From Tubiluchus corallicola (lineage: Eukaryota; Animalia; Priapulida): 58,090 nt of DNA. This document shows, one piece after another, positions 13,172 through 24,626 of this stretch. The notes under the pieces were generated by a model, which worked only from the letters and a program-made list of their open reading frames with translations, did not search any database and had not been told where the DNA came from. Location of the stretch: NCBI GenBank assembly GCA_030141605.1, contig JAQGDQ010001163.1, forward strand, positions 1 to 58,090, in the 5' to 3' direction. Numbering within the stretch: the stretch's first letter is position 1; every line of letters starts with the position of its first letter. The position numbers and the translations under genes are program-made.

Positions 13172-15383
13172 ATAAAATAATTGTCTGATTGGTTGTGTAT
13201 TTGCTGTTTTAGAGCTGCTAGCTGAATATTGTTGTTTCTCGTGGCCTGTGAAAAGCCACGACCGGCATGGCAAAACTATTAAAACTCAAGTTAAAAGGCA
13301 ACACGTTTATCAAACATTAAACACAAGTAAATATCAAGATCATAAAGGATAGTAATGCCAAGCCTTCTGCGAGTCAGTTCCTAGTTCTCTTCGATCTGCC
13401 TAGGTGTAGGGGATGACAAAGCTTTGACTAAACCCTTCATGCGCCGTGAGCTTCGGCGCGTGCACCGCCTATGTCAGTCGGTCGATTATGAATCACTTGG
13501 GCACGTGATACCACACCTTAACTGGGCTTCATGCCAGCATTTCATCAGAATTAATATTTAGCATAATTTAACACTTTTAACACAATTTAACAACTCTTCT
13601 TTACTCACTGGGTAATAGCGACTGCGCATTAGTGTGTAAACACAGTTTTTGCATAGAGCTTTTTGCGTATTAGCGACAGCAAGTAATGAATAATTTTAAT
13701 CTGTAATTATAACGCCTTATCTTATGGGAATATGGTGTATATTACACTGTTGGTCAGCTATCAGGCATAAAAATAAACAATAGGCCAGAAGAAAGTAGGG
13801 TGCGCGAAAGTGTAATAGTGCTGCGAAGGCTTCGCCAGTTCACTGGCCATCACTGGGGTGTATCAATTGTCTTTCAATGAAAGCGATACAATCTCCGAAA
13901 CATCACTCTCCACGCCTTGACCAGTCCATGCCAAACTGCTGGATTGTTTATAGGCTACTGAATAGAAAGCTTAAAGTCGTTTTCCTTCACTTAGTTTCAT
14001 CGCAACACATTGTCTATTAGGATATCATTACACCATTTACAACTGTCCATCCAGGATTTTTTAATAAAAGAAAATATTAACTCAGGGCATCTCAAAAAAT
14101 TATAAGCCCATCATTTTAACTGCCATGTTTTCCAAAGTTTTAGCTTTCACATTCCCACGCACACGCAAATCTCCAACCTACTGAGAGGAATCGCACCTGT
14201 TATTGGCAGGTGTTGACAATTGAGCATTGGAAAGTTTTAGTTGTTTTTTTAAAAGGGAAAATTTTAACCTTCTGTAACCTTCGCGTAAGTTGCCACGCCC
14301 ACACAAATCTCTCAACCAATGAGAAATGTATTACTTTACTAGCACGCGTCTTCTGGCCTGCAATGTGGATCCGGGTTGAGCTAATCTTCTGAGTACGTTG
14401 TGATGTTCTTTCAACACTTTTATCTGTTTCGGTTTCAATTTCACGTTTCTGCGTCGTTTCAAGAGTTTCAAGAGTTTATTCATTTCCACATTGCATCTTA
14501 CAATTATCATTAAAATACAGATAATTATCCATTTAAGTAAATATAAATATAAATATAAATAAATGCAGTATTATCGAAAAATCACAAAATGCAGCATATA
14601 CATGTGCAAATTACATTACAGAATAATTTTGATGCATACAGTTTGAGCCTAAAAGCATAGCTTGGCAGGCCAAACTGTACGTGGAAATCTTAAAAAAAAG
14701 ATTAGTAAGTGAAATCATGAATAATGATAATATATACATAAAAGTGGGGTGGGGGGGGGAGTAGTGAATGAAAGATGAAATGGAGCGAGAATTAAGAAAA
14801 ACTGTGATCATGATTATAATGTGTTCAGTAACCTGTTGAGCATAGTCATGTTATATTAACATTACTGTTGAAAAAGAATGCAGGTGATTACCATTATCAA
14901 ATAGTGTTACTCTTAATGAAGTTTCGATGACAAATGCCTAACTGACCTATCTAACCTAGAGTATCATAATTCTAGACGGACAAAAATTTAAACAAGATAT
15001 TAACATATTACAGCGGGGCAATGTCTAAATGATGATGAACAAGTTAGTGCTTTCTTGCTGAGGTTCTGAATTTTTTTTAAAGTACAACAAACGAAAATTC
15101 TTTTACTTTTATCAGATATACAGTGAAAACGCTGTTGCAGTGCAATGTAAGAGTTTTGTCATGAGCGCGCTAAACCAGGACACTAAAATATTTTTGTTAG
15201 GTTCTTCATTTTGTAATTTTACTCATTATTTTCTGATTTATCGGTTATTAATTGTCAGACAATCTGTCATTATGAATATTTGATATCACAATGAACTCAG
15301 TCATAAACGAATCCTGACCACATTTGAGCTCAGACAAAAACGCGAAACTGAATAGGAACAAATATGTTTCAGTAACAAAAAAT

Positions 15384-16805
15384 CTACTTTCCAGGTTTTT
15401 TAGAAAACCCTGTAGCGTTAAACTTGCCATTGACCACATGAGGGTGAAAATATGTTTCCTCCTCCAGTCCCAAGACGATATTATTCACTGCTTCGACTCC
15501 TTGCATCATGCTATGATCTTGGTTCCCCACCTCGTATTTCCAGCCTCCAAAACGTCCCCGAGAGTAGATTCCCATTTTTTTCAGAAGTGGCTGGACGGTG
15601 TCCAAAAACTTTGTGCGTGTAAGAAATGGTGTTGGATAGCCGTACTCCAGTCGTTTGTGCCACTTGCTGATAATATTGTCGTTTGGGGATATTAGTCCTA
15701 CATTTATGGCTCCATCTATTGCCGCTTGTACAATGTCAGAACGAACAGGCTTGACTTCTGTTTCACATATTTCAAATAATAAAGACCACTGTTCCCCTGG
15801 TTTTGGCACCGTATGTGGAGAATAGTTGGACAAAATTGTCACCCTGTAAAACTCACAGTTATCCTCAGGAAAATAAAGCCAGCACTTATTGGACAGGTGG
15901 TTTGGTACCTTCCCCTCTAGACCTAGCCCCACAATGTGGGTTGATGAATGCCATGGAATGTCCTTTTGCTCTTTCAGAACTGGTAGGTATTGACTGTCTC
16001 CTAGAAGTTTATCTGTTAATAAGTCCAGTGGCATTGTGTTGATTATATAATCGTAGGGCATTTCTTCACCTGATTTCATTGTTATACGTTTGTTTTCAAC
16101 ATCAATCACATGAACTTCTTCATTTAACTGACGGTTGTCATCAGGAAGAGAATTGTAAACTTGCTGCCATATTGCTCCAGTTCCCCCAAACAGCGGAAAC
16201 CGAAATGTTGCATTCGGACCCCAAGAAGCATCCTCTTTTTGATCATTGATGTTCCGGATGATTGATTTCATATCAATCGTAGCCACCCGCTCCCCAACCC
16301 AGTCCGCTGTCATCGCAGTAGGTCTGTAGCCCCAAACTTTGTAATTGTATGGATTCAAAAATATTTTGGCTAAGCCGTAACCGAAATTCTTGTCTATCCA
16401 ATCTTGCAACGTGGCAGGTTTAGGGCTGCGATCTCGGTTGGCTTGTGCAGAGACTATGCCCTGTAAACAGTCGTTTAAATCCTGTTCTGGTAAGTAATGA
16501 ATGTTTTTTTGAAAGGGGTAGGGAACAAACTTGTTCCTGCACCAAATGTAACATTCACGTTTATGAAGCAGCCAATCAGAGACGAACGTATCTAGGACGT
16601 CATTGAAGTACTGATAGTGTGAATAAATCACGTGACAGCCCATGTCCCAAACAAACCCATTTTGGTCGACTACTGAGGTAGCCAAGCCGCCAGCTCGATC
16701 ACCTTGTTCCAAGATGACCCAGTCAGGATGATCCAGCTCCTGGAGTTTGATTCCAGCACCTATGCCAGTTGGACCTGCACCGATCACTACAATCCTCTCG
16801 TCCAT
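15384..16805 (-). CDS. glf: UDP-galactopyranose mutase, eukaryotic type (flavoenzyme, UDP-Galp to UDP-Galf), 473 aa, single coding exon
   Basis: GAGPTG dinucleotide-binding motif, GGLATS, DMGCHVIYSHY (His loop), YPFQKNI, PYNYKVW, WVGERVA, WGPNATFRFP, WLYFPEDNC.FYR.T..SNYS, YGYP and SRGRFGGWKYEVGNQDHS. All are characteristic of fungal, trypanosomatid and nematode UGMs. Confidence 0.95.
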   Translation of the reverse strand: MDERIVVIGAGPTGIGAGIKLQELDHPDWVILEQGDRAGGLATSVVDQNGFVWDMGCHVIYSHYQYFNDVLDTFVSDWLLHKRECYIWCRNKFVPYPFQKNIHYLPEQDLNDCLQGIVSAQANRDRSPKPATLQDWIDKNFGYGLAKIFLNPYNYKVWGYRPTAMTADWVGERVATIDMKSIIRNINDQKEDASWGPNATFRFPLFGGTGAIWQQVYNSLPDDNRQLNEEVHVIDVENKRITMKSGEEMPYDYIINTMPLDLLTDKLLGDSQYLPVLKEQKDIPWHSSTHIVGLGLEGKVPNHLSNKCWLYFPEDNCEFYRVTILSNYSPHTVPKPGEQWSLLFEICETEVKPVRSDIVQAAIDGAINVGLISPNDNIISKWHKRLEYGYPTPFLTRTKFLDTVQPLLKKMGIYSRGRFGGWKYEVGNQDHSMMQGVEAVNNIVLGLEEETYFHPHVVNGKFNATGFSKKPGK

Positions 16806-16823
16806 TCTGCGTCAGACGAAAAG

Positions 16824-16850
16824 CTGCCAAATAGAAAAGAGAAACCTTTT
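16824..16850 (-). promoter_or_regulatory. Putative splice acceptor 18 nt upstream of the UGM start codon
   Basis: Minus strand reads TTTCTCTTTTCTATTTGGCAG|CTTTTCGTCTGACGCAGAATG: pyrimidine tract plus CAG. Confidence 0.6.
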
Positions 16851-17769
16851 TCTGAGTTTGTTTAAATTTACTCACTACAGTTTCTTATAAATACTGTGCT
16901 TATGTGTAACATCGCTAAAGAAACCTATGTTCAGCATTATTTTAAATGTAGCATTTTTTCATTAATTATTTATTGATACCCAATTCTCGCCTTCACTAAT
17001 TTCGGATTGTATTTGTATTGTTGACTATAATAATCCTAACTTCTGTAAACGTCAGCTTCCGTGTGCTCATCGATAATGAAATAATTACATTCTGCGGACA
17101 CGTTTCAGATAATCCAGGTAAAAAAGTCAAGTGAAAAAATTACAAAAAAGTCACAGGAAAAAACACACGAAAAAACAAATAATCCCAGCCAAAATTGTGA
17201 CTTTTCCGTGACTTTTATGAACAGTGTCTGACTTGTTATATCATTCGATTATCTATAATGAGTTTATCTCGCTTTCGCTCAGGTTAAGCTATATACAGAA
17301 AGAACTCCCTCGTTCATAAGATTTTCAATCTCCTTACCAGACAATTTTAGCAACAACATTCATCTTGAAGAAAACTCTTAATCAGTAACTCCGAAAACAT
17401 TGAAATATTGAACTAATTTCTTCACCTTCTAACTGACTATAAAGCAAGAAGGTGCAAAATCGTTCCACAGCTGTAAAGGAGCATGGTGCATGGTGCAAAA
17501 TTGCTGCTATAAACTCAGGAAGCCAACTTGTTGCCGCCAAAATTCTTATGAATCGTAGACTCAGCAAGCAAATTGTCGTTTGGTTCAACTTGAAAGCCTA
17601 CTTACTATTCCAAAACATTCCAATACAAAATAATGACGGACGTTTGATTTGAAGCATCATGTTTTCGTAGTTCTGCCAGTGTGGTTCCTATTAGAAGATA
17701 TTAATTTGCCATAATATAAACTAATGATTGCGTAGCAAATTTTTATTACAGGCACATAAAAAATATAGT

Positions 17770-18330
17770 TAAAACAACCCAACTTTATTGCAAACTTTTA
17801 CATTGAAAAGTTAAAAGTTAAAATATTCATCTTTGGTAAATTTACAAACATATAACCAGTTTTGTACAGACAGTCTATTATGCACAAATTAAGTAGTTAA
17901 CAGAAGCCAAGTAGACAATGAATAAGTAGACCAGTAAAGACATTCAAACAGCAAACAGGAATTGAACTGCTTTGTACATTAACAGAAGGCTCAGTTCAAT
18001 TTCAGTACCAGTTTGATTCCTTTAACTTTATTTTCAAACACTTAGCTCTTTGTTAATTATTACTGTGTTAATGTCTTTCCATCGTGTCTGCTTAGTCAGT
18101 ACCTATTTGGCTTTTTTAAATACATAATTATTGTTGATGTATCAATTTCATATTTCATGTATTACATATTTGGCTTCTGTTAACTACTTAATTAGTGCAT
18201 AAGAGGCTCTCCCCATATATACTGGTTAGTATGTTTGCCACTGACGATAACAGCTTGTCGAAACGTTTGTCATGATTTTTAAGTTTGGCATGACTTTTAA
18301 GTTTTTAATAAGGTTGTGTTGTTTTTAAAT
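17770..18330. mobile_element. Imperfect fold-back repeat, possible Penelope-like element pseudo-LTR remnant
   Basis: ATGCACAAATTAAGTAGTTAACAGAAGCCAA (~17880-17910) versus TTGGCTTCTGTTAACTACTTAATTAGTGCAT (~18170-18200), with weaker pairing on both sides and an adjacent hammerhead-like motif. Confidence 0.55.
18236..18272 (+). ncRNA. Degenerate minimal type I hammerhead-ribozyme-like motif
   Basis: TGCCA-CTGACGA-TAACAGCTTGTC-GAAACGTT-TGTCA: CUGANGA and GAAA core boxes at the right spacing, with imperfect stems I and II. Confidence 0.4.
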
Positions 18331-20599
18331 ACATATACAGCATATCTTTTAGTGGCTTACGTATATTTTTTGCAGATATTACAAATAGTGTGCAGAAAAT
18401 AAATGCTATAGCTTATATTTTTAGCTACATGAAGTAAATTTAGCGTGCGGTAAGCATGTCCGACAGCACGCTTTGGTAAATTCTTGTTTTTGAGAATGCA
18501 GAAAAGTTTATTACCTCTTCATATTTAGTTTTCTACTGTTCTGACTCAAAGTCATCTATTATCAATTTATGCCCACGAATCAAGAAATGGGTGGCACTCT
18601 CCCCATGTACAGAAAGAAAACAGAAAGAATAGACAAAAACTGACAAAACTGAAACCCCCGAGAAGGAAAACGCTTTTTTTCAGTATTTGCATGTGGTATT
18701 GCCGCCATTCACAGCTTTGACATCATACGATCACTGAAATTTCTCAGAGAGGCTACATGGAGTCAAGTTTCTTCAAAATTTATTTTTAATTTTTGGGAAC
18801 AACAGTAAAATAATCACAATTTTATAAATTATAAATACAATAAATTATAATGTTGCTAACAGTAGAAAAATGTGGGAAATAAATGTCATACATTTTATGT
18901 CAACCTCTGATATTTTTTTAAGTTCAAAAGGTTTGTCATTTCCTGACACTCAATAGTGCAGAAGGTGTGTAGTACAGGTTCAACAGCCACATGTAATAAA
19001 TAACATAAATCTCATTTTAATCATTTGTTAAGTATAAAAAATACTTGAATCTGCACATTGTTGCAATGTTTTTAAGTTTCTAACTGAAGTGTTATTTAAT
19101 TTTTAATTGTGTATTTTTGTCAGCAACTCAATTCTTGAGGTAGCAATTACATATTACTTTTCCACTTTCTTTATTGTTGGATTTAATTAGTAAAAGCACA
19201 AATTGCTGCGAAAAAACAAAAAAGTTAAACCTACCTTATTACGGTTTTGCCTCGTTACGAAGATGTTGTTGCGATTCTCTAGTATTATCCAGGCGTAAGC
19301 AGACAACATATACAAAACGATTGTGGAAATCAACTTTATACACTCATCCTTACTAAAGTATTTGCTTTCCAAGACACTGTTCTTATGTAGTTCACTGACT
19401 GCAGAACGATATGAATGACTGCATGTGACAATGACGTCTACTCTGCGGTTATTGGTACATTACGGAATTATAATTGCCAAAAGATATATAAGTTACATGA
19501 AAAAAGGTAACTTTCTTCCATTTAAAGAAAGATGAATAAATAAGTTTAATTAAGATAATTATGTTTTTAAATACGTGTATACACAAATAATTTCACAAAT
19601 TCAAACTGTCGGCCTTCTAATTAATATGGAAATACCACAATTTTTCTTTATAAATAAAAAAATCTTGCAATGTGGCCACCGTTGTGGGCAACTTTCCGAT
19701 TAAAAAAGTCACTAAACGGCAAGTAATTAGATTTTTATAATAATGAACAAACATTGGTGCGGCACAGAGAAATCTACGAAAGGCAGAACAAAAAATGAAA
19801 TGTAATTATTAAGAATATTGTACTGATAATACTGCGTAAAAATACCGTAATTTTCCCCAAAATTATTGGTCTTAGTACTGTGCTGGGTGTGGTGTGTTTT
19901 GGTCAGGTGTGTGGTGTTGCGGCATGGTGTGGTGCTGTGTTGTGGCATGGTGTGGTAGGTGTGGTGTGAGAGGGGGGGTGGTTGTTTGGTGTGGTTTAGG
20001 TTGTTGTTGCTGAATAAGTACATCGCTGAAAAAAGAGAAAAATATTTACAATTTGCTGAAGCTTGCAAAGTTGCAAAAGTAATGTGACCTAGCAATACAA
20101 ATAAATGAAACTAATATAGTTTTGGCTTTGGCGTGTCTGTTACTGCTGTTGTTGTTGTTTTTTTGTGTCGGTGTGGTTGTCGTTATTGTTATTCTGATGC
20201 TCTTGTTGATGTTATTGTTCGAAAATGGCAAAATGTTAACTGTTTGCAAATACCTATACATAGTTTTTGTTTACAATAATTAAACATGGCTGTACATTGG
20301 CTGAGCTTTTGATTTCATGTGACATATTATATACACATAGTACAAGGTAAAAGTGTAAAATAAGAAAAATCCTCATGAAAACCCTTTGCAGTTTCACAGT
20401 ATAGCATTTTATTTATCCCAAAGAAACGTGAAATAACTCCAAATTTCACTTTCATTTTTCTTCTGCAGACAATAAAAAAACATAAAGGTACTTATTTGAA
20501 TACGATAGGCTAATATTTTGACGGCTTTGTGACTCATAAAAACAAATGATAGTTATAAGATGAAGGAAATAATGAAACGAAATATTATTAATCTTGCTT

Positions 20600-21240
20600 G
20601 GTACTCATCTGCTTCGCCTTTAGCCCTGTCTGTCGGCGCAAAAAAGCTAATTCCTATACTAGAAAGTGAAGGATCGTATGCCTTAATCCCTGCTTATTCC
20701 TGTAGTATTATCGAATCAGCAAGTCAATAATATTTGTAAGGAAGAACCAAAATAAAGTGTAACAATAGTTGAAGTTTCGTCTTGTTAGTCTTCCCTGTAG
20801 GCTTCGCTATCCATAAAGTGTTTAATGCTATATGGACGAAAGGTGATTCTTTTCTTTATTAAATGATTCATCATTTAATGATGGAGACATGGGTTTCATC
20901 TCTTCTGAATTAAATAATAGCTTTTACTGCTCCTTTCAGATCACCACGGCACAGATGCTTTTCGGTCTTTCCATAGTAACTGGCTAACTTGTTTCTCATG
21001 TACTGATGGTACAAGATGAGCCAAGCTGCAGAAACACGATGTTTTACCAATGTTGAGAAATAAGTGAGCAGTTTTTCTATTGGCTCTTCTTGGATGACCA
21101 AGTTGATCTGTACTTCCTTCACCTCTTCATGATCATCAAATACGGGGAATTGGGTTAACTGTGCTGGTCACTTGGCTTCTGTTTTCAGAGAAAAGGTTGA
21201 ACAACGTGTAGTATTGTGTCATGGACAAAAACAAAATTAA
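20600..21240 (-). mobile_element. Highly degenerate BEL/Pao-like LTR retrotransposon pol fragment
   Basis: EVK...EPIEKLLTYFS...RVSAAW...DLKGAVKAII...SPFV resembles the RNaseH-integrase linker of BEL/Pao elements; many stops. Confidence 0.45.
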
Positions 21241-21613
21241 AGCGTTTATCCAATTTGTTGTAAATGAAAATATTTTTATCAATAAACTACATACATGCAT
21301 ATATATATATATATATATAAGAAGAGTTGTATATGATCGCTTGATCATACAATTAATAATTTTTCGTTGTAATTAATATTGTTATAAATGTGCTACATTA
21401 AGAAACAAATTTCATAGTTCATAGTTCACGTATTTTTATTTAGGATTTTTTTCTTAAAATTTTGTGATTTTAATGACAATTTAAAGTGAATTTTTTACGT
21501 TTTTGGTGATTTTGCCACAACTTAGTGTGATTTTCATGTATCGTTCAATATCTTATGCAGCAAGATTGATAATTAGTTTCTTATTTTGGCGAGTGCATAT
21601 AAACAATAAGCTG

Positions 21614-22759
21614 TTAAACTGTTACGATTTTGTCTATTATTGATAAGCATTTTTGACCACCAATTCTTTTCTCTGCATTTCTTTCACTTTCTTTGCGAAA
21701 TGTCCTCAGTTTACCCAAAAGGAAATCCCTTGTTTCATTATTTTTCAGATTTTTGTATATATTGTAAGCACCTTCAAATATCCAATGACACTTCCAGTTG
21801 GTTTTTTGATTGTGGAACGTTCCCGCAGCACCGTGCAATATACCGATTCCGTCCCATTGAGCTGACTGACAGTAATCGCCGAAGACTGCCACACCCCACC
21901 AAAAGTTCCACTCGCAAGGAAGGAAATACAGTCTCGATGGATTTTCGTGAAAATAGACGTTGCAAGCATTTTGCTCTGGAGTGCAGGCAGGAAACGTCCA
22001 TTTGTCCGTTGAACAATTGCTAGTCGAGTGATAAATATCAACAATATCTGTCATCCAGTCAGTTTGCCGTAGTTTTTCCAAGTCGATTAAGACAACTCCA
22101 GTATTAAGACCTTTGTTCCCACCACCTCTTAGACGGTTAAGTAAAGTGTCACTAGAAGCAGTCAATTGAGAAACCCCATGTGGTTGGTGAAAAAGCTCCA
22201 TAATGCGATGCGTGTGTTCACGAGAAAAGTCGAATGCGATTCCCATTATCTGATTCGATGTCATTTGATCAAAATGGCGCCACAATTCCTTTAGAGGCCG
22301 TACAACAATGACGTCCATGTCAAACCTTAGAATCCTTTTCACATATTTTGGCAGGATCTGAGGAAGGAATAACCAAGCAGATCCACAAGGTTTTTTTCCA
22401 TCGCCATTTTGAAGCCAATGAGTATAATTTTCACCAGGGGGAAACCAAGGTCTGTAGAAATTTACTTTGCTCGAGTATGTGTCATTAAATTTGTCTAGAA
22501 AGCCCTTTAGTTTATGCTCCATTTCGTCACTGTCAACTATAACATGGAAATGAATGAGTTCGGTTGACACAAGAAAAATAGATTTCATTAATACGGTAAA
22601 ATCATCCACATAAGTAGATTCTGCACCACCACAAACTGCCAGAGCCACATGAATAGATGACGTCGTGTAATTTACTTTTCTAAGCTTGTGGAGACTAAAA
22701 ACTATCATTGAAAATGTAACAGCTAATGCAACAGAAGCAATTTTTATGTATCGCAACAT
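21614..22759 (-). CDS. GT8 glycosyltransferase, glucoside xylosyltransferase (GXYLT/shams)-like, 381 aa, type II membrane, single coding exon
   Basis: First ATG at 22759 (MLRYIK...) followed by a transmembrane helix. HVALAVCG, LMKSI, HFHVIVD, KPCG..WLFLP, DxD (FDMD), GLNTGVVLIDLEKLR, LPCEWNF and ILHG...TFH follow the GXYLT motif order. Confidence 0.9.
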   Translation of the reverse strand: MLRYIKIASVALAVTFSMIVFSLHKLRKVNYTTSSIHVALAVCGGAESTYVDDFTVLMKSIFLVSTELIHFHVIVDSDEMEHKLKGFLDKFNDTYSSKVNFYRPWFPPGENYTHWLQNGDGKKPCGSAWLFLPQILPKYVKRILRFDMDVIVVRPLKELWRHFDQMTSNQIMGIAFDFSREHTHRIMELFHQPHGVSQLTASSDTLLNRLRGGGNKGLNTGVVLIDLEKLRQTDWMTDIVDIYHSTSNCSTDKWTFPACTPEQNACNVYFHENPSRLYFLPCEWNFWWGVAVFGDYCQSAQWDGIGILHGAAGTFHNQKTNWKCHWIFEGAYNIYKNLKNNETRDFLLGKLRTFRKESERNAEKRIGGQKCLSIIDKIVTV

Positions 22760-24626
22760 TGCGGCTTTAAGATTTAAAAGAATATTCAACTATATAAGCA
22801 CCACGTGTAACTATAATTACTAAAAACAGTCAACTATAAAATTATGGTGCTTATTCTACGGTTAAACATTAGACATTACCCCGTCCTAGGTTTCTGGTCG
22901 AGTAAGCGCAGATTTTAATGCTGAGTAATGAAGTAGTTACAGGGTCAATAACATTTCAGGTAAATGTTTGCAAACAGGGCAGATGCTAGGAAGTGCGGGG
23001 AACATTTTGAAAATTCTTAGTGGGACCCTCTACCCCACAAAAGCGAAAGATTGATGTTTTATGTTTACCGGAAATATTCAAATATTTCGAAAAGGAATAA
23101 GCAGCAACCAGAAGCACATTTGTAGCTTTAATTCTTAATAATACCAATAGCAATGTTGGCTTTGCAACTTTAAAGTAAAAAATGCATTGTTTTGCTTGTT
23201 GTCTTTGCTGTTTGGAGGTGATGTGACGTTTTTAAATGTAATTTTCTGAAGCAGCACCGCCACTAATTTTACTTGCCAGCCGCCACTTGCTTCGTGTGCA
23301 CGTCAGTCCCCACCATTAGCCGTATTGATATGTGTTATGAATTTATTTTGGAATATAAAACTATTCATTAAAGAATAAAGACAACCAGTTATTGAATACG
23401 CATAATCAAAGAGGATTATTCATTGTATTCTGCAGAAAACTCACTCAGCTTCTCCCTCCCATTTAAAATACTTATGAAAGCGTCCTGTCAATGTAGATAA
23501 ATAGAGATTTATCTTCAAGGGGAATTATAAATAATTAGAATTAATTAGAAGAAGTTCGCTCATATTGATCTGTATCTCCGAGACAGGTACAAATTAATAA
23601 ATGGTAGAATGTAATTCGAAGCTCGTTAGCAGTGTCCACGAGCAATGACGAAGATGGTACTTGGTCAGTTGTCCTACTGTTCATATTTGAGAGGACTGTT
23701 GTCAGAGCTCGATCATGTGAACCTAAAACCTGACTGCTGGCTAATTTAGTAAATGCTTAATGAGTGTTGAAAGTAGGTCCATGAATTTTGGAGTAGTGGC
23801 ATTCGAGGACTCTGTCGTACAAACAGTAGAAAGTATAGAGGCACATAAAGTCGAGATGCCCAGATGGTTGGGGTGACAAAACGCTCAGAAGTCAGAAAAC
23901 TCGGATAACCAGCCATAATGTGTATCATATAAAATGACCAAGTGATTTTATCAGGGGGTCACGGCGAGAGTCGAGGCTTTTTGGTCGATGTCTGGAAGGT
24001 TAAAATTTGTTGATTCAGAAGGCTTGAACTCTGAATGCAGGACTTCATCTGGGTCGTTGGATTGAAGCAACGTCTGAAACTCATAAGAACTCGTATTAGG
24101 AACATAGCTGGGCCAATTATTGGGACTAGTAAAAATTTGCCAGTCTCAGAGTTAAGTGATTTTATACCTCTGATTTTAAGTGATCTTATATAAGTGACTT
24201 GGTCTAACCGCACTCTTATGCGTGAAATGTTTATGTAGATAGATATGTTTGAGAGTATTCAAAGATACGTTTTATCAAAAATGTTGTGCCAAAAAACACT
24301 ACGCAATATTAGGGCATGCTAGCTGAAATACAAATATGGCTTATTTTATGTAGAATAGAATATAAGAAATTAGATTAATAGAGAATAAAAGAGAAAAATT
24401 ACAAAACAGCTTTCTCTAAACAAATAATCTTTATTTTGCTATCAAAGAAACTACTTGGTTTAACTAGTAGTCAGCAGAGTATAGGTGACTTTCTATTTAT
24501 GGTCTGTATGCATGAATACGATGTACCTTCCAATAGGAACTTGAATCTCATTTAGTAACACAGTATCATATTGCTAACTTTTATGACAGTTTGTTACTGA
24601 AGTGAACAAACGTCTTGCAATAAATA

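Noticed and set aside
15384-16805. Protoporphyrinogen oxidase or amine oxidase annotation
   Set aside because: Shares the fold, but WGPNATFRFP, GERVA and YEVGNQDHS are UGM-specific.
4083-22759. Bacterial contaminant or giant-virus glycosylation island
   Set aside because: Very low gene density, interleaved LINE/LTR debris, spliceosomal introns in neighbouring genes, animal-type Star-like and GXYLT-like sequences, and no viral core genes.
23550-24215. Short ORFs in GC-richer tracts (also 46560..47050 and 56800..57570)
   Set aside because: Stop-ridden with no motif I can name confidently; probably decayed DNA-transposon coding remnants.
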